DNA from: an uncultured virus (IMG/VR IMGVR_UViG_3300047094_000227)
Lineage: Duplodnaviria > Heunggongvirae > Uroviricota > Caudoviricetes > Crassvirales
IMG/VR virus record: IMGVR_UViG_3300047094_000227
Span: 1 to 64,000 of that record
Length of the DNA stretch: 64,000 bases
Strand: one strand, 5' to 3'
Part shown: positions 17,601-27,400 of the stretch, piece after piece
How positions within the stretch are numbered: position 1 is the stretch's first letter
How the letters are laid out: the number at the start of each line of letters is the position of its first letter
Program-made: the position numbers and the translations under genes
The notes under the pieces: generated by a model
What the model saw: only the letters and a program-made list of their open reading frames with translations
The model's database searches: none
Told to the model about the DNA's origin: nothing

Positions 17601-20600
17601 TGTTCCTGTTGTGCCAGATGAACCACTTGTACCAGTGGTACCTGAGGTTCCAGTTGTTCCAGAAGTTCCTCCTGTACCATTAGTTCCAGATGTACCACCT
17701 GTACCGTTTGTACCTGAAGAGCCTGAAGAGCCTGATGTACCAGTAGTACCTGAAGTACCACCAGTTCCATTAGTAGCTGAAGTTCCAGAAGTTGCTGACG
17801 TACCACTAGTTCCATTACTACCACTAACACCAGAAGATCCTGATGTTCCTGTAGTACCAGATGTTCCACTTGTTGCACTAGTTCCACTAGTACCTGTTGT
17901 ACCACTGGTTCCAGTTGTGCCACTTGTTCCACTTGTACCACCAGTTCCATTAGTACCACTAGAACCTGAAGTTCCACTTGTACCAGATGTACCTCCAGTT
18001 CCATTAGTTCCTGAACTTCCTGATGTACCAGTGGTACCAGAAGTTGCAGATGAGCCAGATGAACCAGAAGAGCCAGATGTTCCTGTTGTACCAGAACTTC
18101 CACTTACACCACTAGACCCTGAAGTACCAGTGGTACCGCTTGTTCCTGAAGTTCCGCTTGTTCCAGAAGAACCTGAAGAACCTGAGTTTCCACTAGTACC
18201 TGAAGTTCCAGAAGGAGCAGTAAAAGTTGTTTGAACGTAAGAATAATTGCTTGTACCCTCTGTATAAAAAGTTACATTAACACTTGACCCACCACTATGG
18301 GTTGCGTATATTTGACAATAAAGTCTATCTGTTGCAACCAATGCTGTTTGACCTAAAAATAAATCTGTAAAAAATTCCTTGATAACACCAGTGTTTAATG
18401 CTTCTGTGTCAAGGTTTGTAGTGCCTAACAAAGTAGACACTCCACCAACTGTATATTTATATAATTCTACATCTATACCTATAGTAGTATTTGAATTAAC
18501 AGAGATGTGATTAACAAAAGCCCATAATCCTGATGGTATGTTTGTAACACCAGGAACACCAGAGTCTGTTGCAAATTTTGCAATCAAAGTTCTACTAGAG
18601 CCAGGAACTGTTACAGTTACAGTCTGTTCAGTTCCACCTGTTGCAGTTGGAGACAATTGTTTATATGTTGGAGAACCAAAAGCACTATTTGTATTTGCAG
18701 ATTGATTCATGTAATAAACCTGACCACCAGAAATACCATTAAGTCCAGATGTACCTGCAGTACCTGAAGACCCACTTGTACCTGTTGTACCACTAGAGCC
18801 ACTTGTACCTGTTGTACCAGACGTACCACTAGTTCCTGTAGAACCACTGGTTCCACTTGTACCACTTGTGCCTGAGCTTCCTGAAGTTCCAGAAGTACCA
18901 GAGCTACCTGATGTGCCACTGGTTCCACCAGTTCCATTAGTTCCACTAGAACCACTTGTTCCTGTTGTACCTGAAGTGCCACCTGTTCCATTAGTTCCAC
19001 TAGATCCAGAACTACCACTTGTACCAGATGATCCACTTGTACCAGTAGTTCCACTAGAGCCTGAAGTACCTGTAGATCCACTAGTTCCACTAGTTCCACC
19101 AGTACCATTAGTACCGCTAGTTCCACTAGTACCACTTGTACCAGTTGTGCCTGAAGATCCACTTGTGCCATCAATAGCACTTGTACCTGAAGTACCACTT
19201 GTTCCAGTGGTTCCACTTGTTCCGTCTACACCAGTAGTTCCACTTGTGCCAGACGTACCTGTTGACCCACTAGTACCACTAGTACCAGTTGTGCCAGAAG
19301 TTCCGTTAGTACCATCTATACCAGTTGTACCTGAGGTACCTGAAGTACCACCACTACCTGACGTTCCAGTGGTACCAGATGTACCACTTGTGCCATCTAT
19401 TGCAGAAGTTCCTGAGGTACCAGTAGTACCAGCAGTTCCTGAAGAGCCACTTGTTCCACTAGTTCCAGATGTGCCTGTTGTACCAGATGTTCCGCTAGTT
19501 GCAGAAGATCCTGAGGTTCCACTTGTGCCACTAGTTCCATTTGTACCATCAATTCCTGATGTACCACTTGATCCACTTGATCCACTAGTACCACCTGTAC
19601 CATTGGTAGCAGATGTTCCACTTGAACCAGATGTACCGCTTGTACCTGTTGTACCGCTTGTACCTGTTGTACCACTAGTTCCTGAGGTTCCAGTTGTACC
19701 AGATGTTCCATCAATAGCTGATGTTCCACTTGTACCAGCTGTTCCACTAGTTCCAGTTGTGCCACTTGTACCGCTAGTTCCATGTGTTCCAGATGTTCCA
19801 CTTGTACCACTGGTTCCTGTTGTTCCAGCAGTTCCAGAAGAGCCACTAGTCCCAGAAGATCCTGAAGTACCAGTAGTGCCAGATGTTCCAGAAGAACCAT
19901 CTCCTCCAGAAGCACCATCTAAGTTAACTATCCAGCTAGTATATGTACCACTACCAACTGTTCTAGTTGGAGAGCCAAAAATTAACTCACCATTAACTGG
20001 ATTATAGAATACCACTTCACATTCTTGGAAGTTGTTTATATCATGAGCTATTACAATAGATTGAGCTACTGTATATGCAAGTTGTGTTCCTACAACAATG
20101 GCCCCATTACTACCTAAATTAAATGATGATGTAGAAGTTGTTGCAAATTGGTCACCTGTTTCTCCAGAAGTACCTGATGAACCAGATGTACCATTACTAC
20201 CATCAGCACCACTGGTTCCACTAGTTCCACTAGTTCCAGATGTGCCATCTATTGCTGATGTTCCAGATGAGCCTGAAGACCCACTAGTTCCTGAAGTACC
20301 GTCTGTTGCACTTGTACCACTTGAACCTGAAGTTCCACTTGTACCAGATGTACCTCCACTACCACCAGCACCATCAATACCTGAACTACCACTAGTTCCA
20401 GATGTACCAGAGGTACCTGAAGTACCTGAAGTACCTGCACTTCCAGATGTACCATCATCACCAGGAGAACCAGAAGCAATTACTTCCCAAAGGTTATAAC
20501 TACCACTACCTACAGATTTGGTTGGTGTAAAAACCAACTGTCCTGTAGCAGGATTGTAAGAAACAACCTGACCAAAAATATAGTCAGTACTATCTGCTAT

Positions 20601-20672
20601 TAGCTGGATAAATTGTCCAGTGATAAAAGATAGACCTGTTTGAGTGGTTATTGTTATGTTAGAATAAGCCAT
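14688..20672 (-). CDS. Tail fibre/spike: Gly-Thr-Ser repeat shaft, GGxxN beta-roll repeats, C-terminal intramolecular chaperone (peptidase S74-like)
   Basis: Three GTS tracts; many (I/V)GGGxxN repeats; TSDARLK...GFIAQQV...P and a terminal coiled coil. Confidence 0.85.
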   Translation of the reverse strand: MAYSNITITTQTGLSFITGQFIQLIADSTDYIFGQVVSYNPATGQLVFTPTKSVGSGSYNLWEVIASGSPGDDGTSGSAGTSGTSGTSGTSGTSGSSGIDGAGGSGGTSGTSGTSGSSGTSATDGTSGTSGSSGSSGTSAIDGTSGTSGTSGTSGADGSNGTSGSSGTSGETGDQFATTSTSSFNLGSNGAIVVGTQLAYTVAQSIVIAHDINNFQECEVVFYNPVNGELIFGSPTRTVGSGTYTSWIVNLDGASGGDGSSGTSGTTGTSGSSGTSGSSGTAGTTGTSGTSGTSGTHGTSGTSGTTGTSGTAGTSGTSAIDGTSGTTGTSGTSGTTGTSGTTGTSGTSGSSGTSATNGTGGTSGSSGSSGTSGIDGTNGTSGTSGTSGSSATSGTSGTTGTSGTSGTSGSSGTAGTTGTSGTSAIDGTSGTSGTTGTSGSGGTSGTSGTTGIDGTNGTSGTTGTSGTSGSTGTSGTSGTTGVDGTSGTTGTSGTSGTSAIDGTSGSSGTTGTSGTSGTSGTNGTGGTSGTSGSTGTSGSSGTTGTSGSSGTSGSSGSSGTNGTGGTSGTTGTSGSSGTNGTGGTSGTSGSSGTSGTSGSSGTSGTSGTSGSTGTSGTSGTTGTSGSSGTTGTSGSSGTAGTSGLNGISGGQVYYMNQSANTNSAFGSPTYKQLSPTATGGTEQTVTVTVPGSSRTLIAKFATDSGVPGVTNIPSGLWAFVNHISVNSNTTIGIDVELYKYTVGGVSTLLGTTNLDTEALNTGVIKEFFTDLFLGQTALVATDRLYCQIYATHSGGSSVNVTFYTEGTSNYSYVQTTFTAPSGTSGTSGNSGSSGSSGTSGTSGTSGTTGTSGSSGVSGSSGTTGTSGSSGSSGSSATSGTTGTSGSSGTNGTGGTSGTSGTSGSSGTNGTGGTSGTSGTTGTSGTTGTSGTSATSGTSGTTGTSGSSGVSGSNGTSGTSATSGTSATNGTGGTSGTTGTSGSSGSSGTNGTGGTSGTNGTGGTSGTTGTSGTTGTSGSSGTTGTSGTSGINGTSGTTGTSGTSGVNGSNGTSGTTGTSGSSGTAGTSGINGTSGTTGTSGTTGTSGTSGSSGINGSNGTSGTTGTSGTTGTSGTSGAEGAAGSNGTSGSSGSSGVNVGSSAVIILGDGILSSVRCGASNTATGNCSSVVGGELNNATGEFSFVGGGLGNGAAGTSGVVVGGSNNSANGFFSAVLGGSGNTAMGNYSGVFGCGLSNSLACSFMSNCFVQPNLSNAAIGGCAVCAGPLGELIAYTAGGGGVMVAGTGCCSIIGNGCSNVASGFFASALSGTTNNSSSNGSLIAGGGFNSNSGMYSTIAGGFFNCVNAGSNVFIGGGETNCVDPSHSTISGGQFNKIFANSGCSTIGGGRCNRIQTNASCSTIGGGSSNNIDTSAVSSVIGGGSMNTISSYSGDSVIAGGGFHTISMNSAGSTIGGGTSHTLGMSAVQGTISGGSSNSISAYAVGATVTGGNSNSAQASYATVSGCGLMNSLACTHMVNNLAITSFSAFYGMGCSISFDSFGKLCLTAGGGGGSSIIVQGMGTGSTERCGAGNMAMGNFSGSLSGYGNNTFGEYSVIAGGNFNSNQGRCSFIGGGYNNYTHSAYPFGTYGETVGGGACNRVCGDYGTIGGGFCNTISAYGRCAFIGGGRGNNANACGSTVSGGYGNTASNPFSYVGGGCQNGTFGDFSGVVAGTSNNAFGAKSFIGGGDVGGANGCNSAIIGGFANTASANCSAIAGGASNTTASGTYGTLPGYSFVGGGQTNRACGGWGFIGGGSNNTIAAGMSTDKSGIVAGCQNFASSAMSGILAGQSNSTTAAASAVTGGCFNMTMGAGSTVSGCSIMSMNSFVNHASCFAAGNLSGGGAICANSSGIIVKNTSDARLKCCIQPVEYQLCDINKLVPSFYEFNSDNKENGEGRQVGFIAQQVKDVVPESVKMTFSGYYTFDSSKLLPILTKGIQILTSCVDSLTLQLEELKNK
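17270..18210 (-). repeat. Gly-X-Y (GTS/GTT/GSS) coding repeat tract
   Basis: Degenerate 9-nt periodicity; boundaries approximate. Confidence 0.9.
18740..19910 (-). repeat. Gly-X-Y (GTS) coding repeat tract
   Basis: Degenerate 9-nt periodicity; boundaries approximate. Confidence 0.9.
20160..20460 (-). repeat. Gly-X-Y (GTS) coding repeat tract
   Basis: Degenerate 9-nt periodicity; boundaries approximate. Confidence 0.85.
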
Positions 20673-20701
20673 TTATATTGATTTTATATTTTTATATTTT
20701 A

Positions 20702-23700
20702 TTAACATGATGAACAAGCACTTGTAACTGTAGCTAGAGAGTTTCCATTAATTACAGATACTGATACAACTTGACCTCCAAAAGATACATACCATGTACC
20801 TGTTGCTGCAGCTGCAAATATTGCACCTGTAAATGTAGTGCTGGTACAGAAAGTAGAAGCATTACCTGTTACAGAACCAGTTGCAGTTGGAAGACAAGCG
20901 TCTTCAGGAGCTCCACCAAATCCAATAGTATTACTAAAGTTTGCAGCAGTCGTTGTTGTAGTTGTTGTTGTTGGAATTGGTCCAGAACATGAAAAACAAC
21001 TACCTGATGCAGTTAATAATGTTGAACCTCCACCTGTAGAAGTAAATTCTCTACTATCAATTCCATCAGAAACATAATAAGTACCTGCTGGTATTGATGT
21101 TGCATTGGCTGCATTTAAAGAAGTGCAATCACAAAGAGTTGTTCCTCCGCTATATGCATAAGTAGGTAAGTTATAAGCACCTGAAGCTGTACAAGCAAGT
21201 GCACTATTAAGGTCAACGTACAAAGTAGGTGCTGGAGGTATACAACTTTCTATACTTGTTATTATACCAGATTCAGCAATTCCAAATGGATCACCATCAA
21301 GACCTATATAATATGTGCCTGGAGGATTTGAATATGTAAAAGGATTTGTTAAATATGGATCCTCATACAATTGTGTTCCTACTTGAATAGGTAATGATGC
21401 TACATATAATGGAATAAAAGGACCAACACCATCACAAGGACTAAAAGGACCAAAAAGACTTGGGCTAATACCACTAGCCGTAACTTCAATACCAAGAGGA
21501 CAAGTTACATAGTTTGTAAGTTCTCCATTAACATCAACTTCTACTGCATAGTCAACACCTAATCTTGTTAATTTTCTCCATCCCACTGAACCAATAAATG
21601 GTGTTGTTAAACTTGGGCTATCATAAAAAATCATTCCTACAATAGGAACAGTATACCCAGGTAAAGCATAAACAGTACTTGTTGTAGTTGAACCATCACA
21701 AGCCAATGCTGCACTACCTGTAGCTGCATTATCAATTACATATGCTACAGGACCAGCTGTTGTTGTACTTGTAGTTGTAGTTGTAGCTTGTGCAGGAGGA
21801 AGTGTAATTGTATTACTACTTGTACCGTATAATAATGTAGAGCTACCAGATGTACCTGATGTGCCACTGGTACCAGAAGTACCACTAGTTCCACTTGTGC
21901 CACTAGATCCTGATGTACCTGAGGTTCCGTTAGTACCATCTATTCCACTTGTTCCAGATGTGCCAGATGAACCAGCTGTACCACTTGAGCCTGAGGTGCC
22001 ATCTATACCAGATGTTCCTGTTGTGCCTGACGTTCCACTAGTACCTGATGTTCCGTCTACACCTGAAGTGCCAGATGTTCCACTAGTTCCACTTGAGCCT
22101 GAGGTGCCAGTAGTTCCTGAAGAACCAGAAGTTCCTGAGGTGCCACTAGTTGCTGAGGTACCACTAGTTCCAGTTGTACCACTAGTACCAGATGAACCTG
22201 AAGTGCCAGAAGTTCCGTCAATTCCAGAAGTTCCATCTGTACCACTTGTACCGTCAGTACCACTAGTTCCGTCAACTCCACTTGTACCTGAGGTTCCATC
22301 TATGCCAGAAGTACCGTCAGTACCAGATGTTCCATCAGTTCCTGATGTTCCGTCTGTACCAGAAGTACCACTTGAGCCAGAAGTTCCTGAAGTGCCATCA
22401 ATACCACTAGAGCCTGATGTACCGCTTGTGCCTGAAGTACCAGTGCTTCCACTTGTACCACTTGTTCCGTTAGTACCATCAATACCAGAAGTACCAGAAG
22501 TTCCACTAGAACCACTAGTTCCAGTTGTTCCACTAGATCCTGACGTACCGCTTGTTCCAGAGGTTCCACTTGTACCTGATGAGCCATCAGTACCAGAAGT
22601 ACCAGATGTGCCTGTAGTTCCAGAAGTGCCAGAAGTGCCATCTATTCCAGATGTACCACTTGTACCTGAGCTACCATCACCGCCAGACGCACCATCAAGG
22701 TTTACTATCCAACTTGTATATGTGCCTGAACCCACTGTTCTAAAAGGGGCACCAAAACTTAATTCGCCTGTTAATGGGTTATAAGCTGTAACCTCACACT
22801 CTTGGAAGTTATTAGCATCATAAACCACAATTATTGATTGAGCCACTGAGTAAGCTAAACCTGTAGCAACTGTTAATGTACCAGAGTTACCTAATGTAAA
22901 GCTATCAGTAGATGTTGTTCTATATTTATCACCTTGTTCTCCAGAAGTACCACTTGTCCCACTAGTGCCATCTATTCCAGATGACCCTGATGTTCCTGTA
23001 GACCCTGATGTTCCATGGCTACCGTCTGTACCACTTGTACCACTAGATCCAGAAGTACCTGTTGTACCACTAGATCCTGATTCACCGCTAGTACCACTTG
23101 TTCCAGTAGTTCCAGATGTTCCGTTACTACCATCACTTCCTGAGGTTCCTGAACTACCACTTGTACCTGTAGTGCCACTAGTACCACTTGTTCCATCAAC
23201 TCCAGAAGACCCACTAGTTCCAGAAGATCCACTTGTTGCTGATGTTCCACTTGTACCGTGTGTTCCGCTAGTACCAGATGTACCAGTCGTACCTGAAGTT
23301 CCTGATTCACCACTAGTTCCACTAGTACCGTCAGATCCTGATGTACCAGATGTTCCATCAACACCACTTGTTCCAGCAGTTCCTGATGATCCAGACGTAC
23401 CTGTTGTTCCTGAAGTACCACTTGTACCTGTAGATCCACTTGTACCTGATGTACCGCTTGTTGCAGATGTTCCAGAAGTTCCACTTGTTCCATCTATTCC
23501 ACTTGTACCAGAGGTACCATCTTCACCTGAAGATCCGCTTGTTCCAGCAGTTCCACTAGTTGCAGAAGTTCCACTTGTACCATCTACACCTGAAGTGCCA
23601 CTGGTCCCTGTAGTGCCTGATGTTCCTGATGTACCGTCTATTGCAGAAGTGCCACTTGTTCCAGAGGTTCCACTTGTTGCAGATGAACCACTAGTACCAC

Positions 23701-24295
23701 TTGTACCGTCAGTTCCACTTGTACCATCAATGCCAGATGTACCTGAGCTTCCAGCAGTTCCTGAAGAACCTGCTGATCCATTTACACCATTTGTTCCATT
23801 AATACCTGACGTACCAGAGGTGCCACGTGTTCCTGATGTACCACTAGTACCTGTAGTTCCACTTGATCCAGCAGCACCGTTCACTCCACTTGTACCGCTT
23901 GTACCACTTGTACCTGAGACACCAGTAGTACCAGAAGTTCCAGAAGTACCACGTGTACCAGACGTACCATCTACACCACTTGTACCTGAAGTTCCAGTTA
24001 AACCACTAGTACCTGATGTACCACGTGTTCCTGAGGTTCCAGAAACCCCACTTGTACCAGAGGTTCCATTGATACCATTTGTACCATCAGAACCAGAGGT
24101 TCCACTAGTACCTGAAGTACCAGCTGAACCACTACCGCCTCCTCCATTACCAATAGCTTGATCAATTTTTTCTAAAGCTGTCTGAATGGAATCATTAGTG
24201 TTGATACCTGTATAAACAAGATTAGCACCCTCGTAAAATACGCAGGTGCTGTTAAGTATGACTGGGCAAGGAGTTGCAGAACATGTAACGTTCAT
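20702..24295 (-). CDS. Fibre-like virion protein: Cys-containing N-terminal domain, GTS repeats, poly-Thr linkers and four Cys-capped C-terminal modules
   Basis: ORF track, 1197 aa; shares an internal ~85-aa domain with the downstream fibre. Confidence 0.8.
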   Translation of the reverse strand: MNVTCSATPCPVILNSTCVFYEGANLVYTGINTNDSIQTALEKIDQAIGNGGGGSGSAGTSGTSGTSGSDGTNGINGTSGTSGVSGTSGTRGTSGTSGLTGTSGTSGVDGTSGTRGTSGTSGTTGVSGTSGTSGTSGVNGAAGSSGTTGTSGTSGTRGTSGTSGINGTNGVNGSAGSSGTAGSSGTSGIDGTSGTDGTSGTSGSSATSGTSGTSGTSAIDGTSGTSGTTGTSGTSGVDGTSGTSATSGTAGTSGSSGEDGTSGTSGIDGTSGTSGTSATSGTSGTSGSTGTSGTSGTTGTSGSSGTAGTSGVDGTSGTSGSDGTSGTSGESGTSGTTGTSGTSGTHGTSGTSATSGSSGTSGSSGVDGTSGTSGTTGTSGSSGTSGSDGSNGTSGTTGTSGTSGESGSSGTTGTSGSSGTSGTDGSHGTSGSTGTSGSSGIDGTSGTSGTSGEQGDKYRTTSTDSFTLGNSGTLTVATGLAYSVAQSIIVVYDANNFQECEVTAYNPLTGELSFGAPFRTVGSGTYTSWIVNLDGASGGDGSSGTSGTSGIDGTSGTSGTTGTSGTSGTDGSSGTSGTSGTSGTSGSSGTTGTSGSSGTSGTSGIDGTNGTSGTSGSTGTSGTSGTSGSSGIDGTSGTSGSSGTSGTDGTSGTDGTSGTDGTSGIDGTSGTSGVDGTSGTDGTSGTDGTSGIDGTSGTSGSSGTSGTTGTSGTSATSGTSGTSGSSGTTGTSGSSGTSGTSGTSGVDGTSGTSGTSGTTGTSGIDGTSGSSGTAGSSGTSGTSGIDGTNGTSGTSGSSGTSGTSGTSGTSGTSGTSGSSTLLYGTSSNTITLPPAQATTTTTSTTTAGPVAYVIDNAATGSAALACDGSTTTSTVYALPGYTVPIVGMIFYDSPSLTTPFIGSVGWRKLTRLGVDYAVEVDVNGELTNYVTCPLGIEVTASGISPSLFGPFSPCDGVGPFIPLYVASLPIQVGTQLYEDPYLTNPFTYSNPPGTYYIGLDGDPFGIAESGIITSIESCIPPAPTLYVDLNSALACTASGAYNLPTYAYSGGTTLCDCTSLNAANATSIPAGTYYVSDGIDSREFTSTGGGSTLLTASGSCFSCSGPIPTTTTTTTTAANFSNTIGFGGAPEDACLPTATGSVTGNASTFCTSTTFTGAIFAAAATGTWYVSFGGQVVSVSVINGNSLATVTSACSSC
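21840..22680 (-). repeat. Gly-X-Y (GTS) coding repeat tract
   Basis: Degenerate 9-nt periodicity; boundaries approximate. Confidence 0.9.
22935..24125 (-). repeat. Gly-X-Y (GTS) coding repeat tract
   Basis: Degenerate 9-nt periodicity; boundaries approximate. Confidence 0.9.
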
Positions 24296-24332
24296 AGTAA
24301 AGTTGTATTATGTGTAATCTATTGATATACAA

Positions 24333-24400
24333 ATAGGCACATAGCTTTGAAATAGCTTGTGCCTATAGGTACAAAAATAGCTAAAATTATTTAATTTCAA
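24333..24400 (-). promoter_or_regulatory. Bacteroidota-type promoter with leader hairpin upstream of the fibre operon
   Basis: TTG (24400-24398), 18 nt, TATTTTTG (24379-24372); hairpin ATAGGCACA..TGTGCCTAT at 24333-24366. Confidence 0.55.
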
Positions 24401-24448
24401 TGAGTTGTAAAAAACTATGCTATATAATATAGCATTTATTTTGATTAT

Positions 24449-27400
24449 TTATTTAGCATATCCAGATTGAGATTGTGCTTTTATTCCAAGATCTTTTGCT
24501 GCTTCTGGATAGAATGCTGGTAAATACGCTCCTGCTTGACTTGTTATAGGGAATTGCTTCATTACATATTTAAGTACAAAGTTTTTCTTAACAGCTTTTT
24601 CATCAGGCTCTACGTATAAGTAAAACAATTCTGTACCACCATTCTTAATCACCTTAATAAAGTTTTCTATAATTGCTAGTGAAGGGAAGATACCTTTAGA
24701 TACAAGTCCAGCCATACTAGTTGGATCATAGAAATAAGTAATCTCATCTTTAAACTTATCTACAGCTCTCATCAAATATTTATATTTGTTTCTCACTGCT
24801 GGATCTTCATCCTCATCAGGAGCGAAAGCTTTAAGTCCCATAACAAGAGCCCACATACTAGCAAGGAATATTACATCTAACATTTGAGACTTCATGTTTT
24901 GATTAACTAAACCTAAGAATTCTCCTTCAGTCATCTCAAGATCCTTACCTGTATCTGCTTTATAATCAGCAGCTTTCTTTTCAAATAAAGCTTGCATTTG
25001 AGCAACCCATTGATCATCATTACCTTTAATAGCACTTGTTAAACTCTTTAAAGATCCTAATAAGTCATCTGAAATCACTCTATACATCATACGCATTCTA
25101 CCCCACTCATACGCATCAGAAGCTGAGTTGTACTTTAAGTTACCCATTCTAACATCCACAAGTCTAGGAATCCAGTTCTTAAACAACATGAATGATGATC
25201 CGTATATAGTTTGGTTGATAGGACGTATATCATCATCACTTAATGTACCTAAAGCATTCTTAGTTAATGATTGTACGTTTCTTCTTAAGTTAACAACTGA
25301 CTCAGATTTTCTTTCTACACCAGGAATAACTAGTTTATTATCAACTAGTTCTGCCAGTTTCATCACTCCTTTTTCTTCTACAAGTTGCTTAACGTCTTCT
25401 TCAAACTTATCTCTTCTAGTTTTTCTTTCATCTGATGTACCAGTGAACATGTTTTCATATTCAGGTGTGCTTCTTAAATATTCTCTAGCGTTTACCACTT
25501 GTCCGTCTAATACAATAGAGTTGTCTAAGAAACTATAGAAGTTAGTTGTCTGTACATTCAAATCAGATTTTCTCATAAGAATCATTAAGAAATCTTGAAT
25601 TCTTTCTTGAGTTAAGTTGCTCAAAGACAATGTTTTAGCTACCTCTCTATTATAGTTTTCTGAAAGAGGAAGGAAATATTCTAACGCTGCAATGTATTTC
25701 TTCTTATCTCCACCAATCATTTTACCTGGAAGTACCCACAGTTGGTTTCTAAGATAGTCTGCTTTAGTAAAATACTTACCAGAGTTAATAATAGATTGAG
25801 AGTTACCACCAAAGTAGTTAGATGCTGAGGACAATAAGTTTAAACCTAATGCGTTTACAGCAAACTGATTGTTAATATTATTAATCACTTTGTTGAAGCT
25901 AATTTGTTTTCCCTTGAGATTTTTTGGAAACAAATCACGTCCAATCTTTTTATTTATCTTTTCTCCAAAGTCACCAAACTTACCTAATATCTGGTCAAAG
26001 CTTTCACTAGTTATATACTTCTGTCCATAGATGATAGACTTAACCATATCATCAAGAAGTTTAGTGTTCTCACTATTGTCTGGTGTATAAGTTAGATCAC
26101 CGTTTGCATCCTTTTGAGTTTTACCAAATATAGATGTGGCAATAGCTTTTTTATTTCTTTCTGTTGCTACTAATCCCTGAGCTTGTTCTTCAATCTCACT
26201 TACATATTTATACTTAATAGCCATTTCATTATATAAAGCCATTGTTCTAAACAAGTCAGTGCTAACTTCTCCATCAATCTCTCTTGTGAAGTATTTAGGG
26301 ATGGTGTTTATAGGTCTACCTGTAATAGGGTCAAACTTACCAAATCCTGTATCACCTTCATCAACAGTGATGCTTCTAATGAACTGTTCTCCCACAGTTA
26401 TCTTTCCACCAAATATAAGCTTCTCTGTTAATCCCTTTCTAACATAAGGAAGGAATGTTCTAGCTTCTCCTTTATAGATGTAACCAAGTTCTGCATATTC
26501 ATTATTCTTTTCTATAATGTAATCATAGAAATCTTTAGCTGCTCTATTCTGAGGCTTGTTAAGTTCTACCCATTCTGCAGACTCCCATTTAGTATCAGGA
26601 TGTTTGTTAATTAAACTGTATTGGAACCAACCAGCACCTTTAGGATTAGAGATGTCATACTTTCTTCTCATCTGAGAAATCTCATCAGCCTCTGCCTCTA
26701 AGTTCTGTACATCAGTACCAACTCTACCAGCCATCTTGCCTTCAATTCTTGCTGTCTCTTCAGCTATCTTTTCTTCAAGAGCTGCTTTGTACGCTTCAAT
26801 ATCTATATTATTTTTAATCCAATCTACATCTTTATCATTAATTTTTTTCTTTAATGTAGTGTAGAAGTCAGGATTGTATTGATCAATTAACTCATTACTA
26901 TCCTTCTTTTTAAGAATGTCAAAATAGTTCTTAGGATTAAGTCCTTTAGATTTAGCCCACTTATCAAAGTTTGCTTTATAAGTTCCTAATCTTCTAGTCT
27001 CATCAAGTGTATCATATCCTGCATAAGCAAAAGCTTTATTAGCTTTCTTATACAAAACTTGAATAGCTTTGCTTTGGAATGTAGAAGTGGTACCAAACCA
27101 CTTACCTAATCCCTTGATAATCTTTTCAGGAGATATCAATTTCTTTACATCTACACTAGCAGCAACTACATCTTCATTAAAATCATCAGATAGTTTTCTT
27201 AATTGCACCTGTAATTTTCTAGCATCCTTTACAGTTTTTGTTAAATCCTCTTCAAGTTGCTTAGCTTCTTCAGATGAATCATTTTCAAACAAGAAGTCAA
27301 GATCTGTATCTAATGTTGTGTAAATACTAATAGTTGCCTCAGCACGATTGATTTCTAAACTCATTCTGTTTATTTCAGCCTCATCAAATGTCTTAGCATC

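Noticed and set aside
17270..24125. Repeat tracts as CRISPR arrays or DGR template/variable repeats
   Set aside because: Periodicity is codon-based, there are no unique spacers, no adenine-specific pair was seen, and the window has no reverse transcriptase or cas gene.
17065..24161. Long plus-strand Pro/Val/Leu ORFs (PLVP repeats) and alternative-frame minus-strand ORFs
   Set aside because: They are shadows of the GTS codon repeats, which lack stops in other frames.
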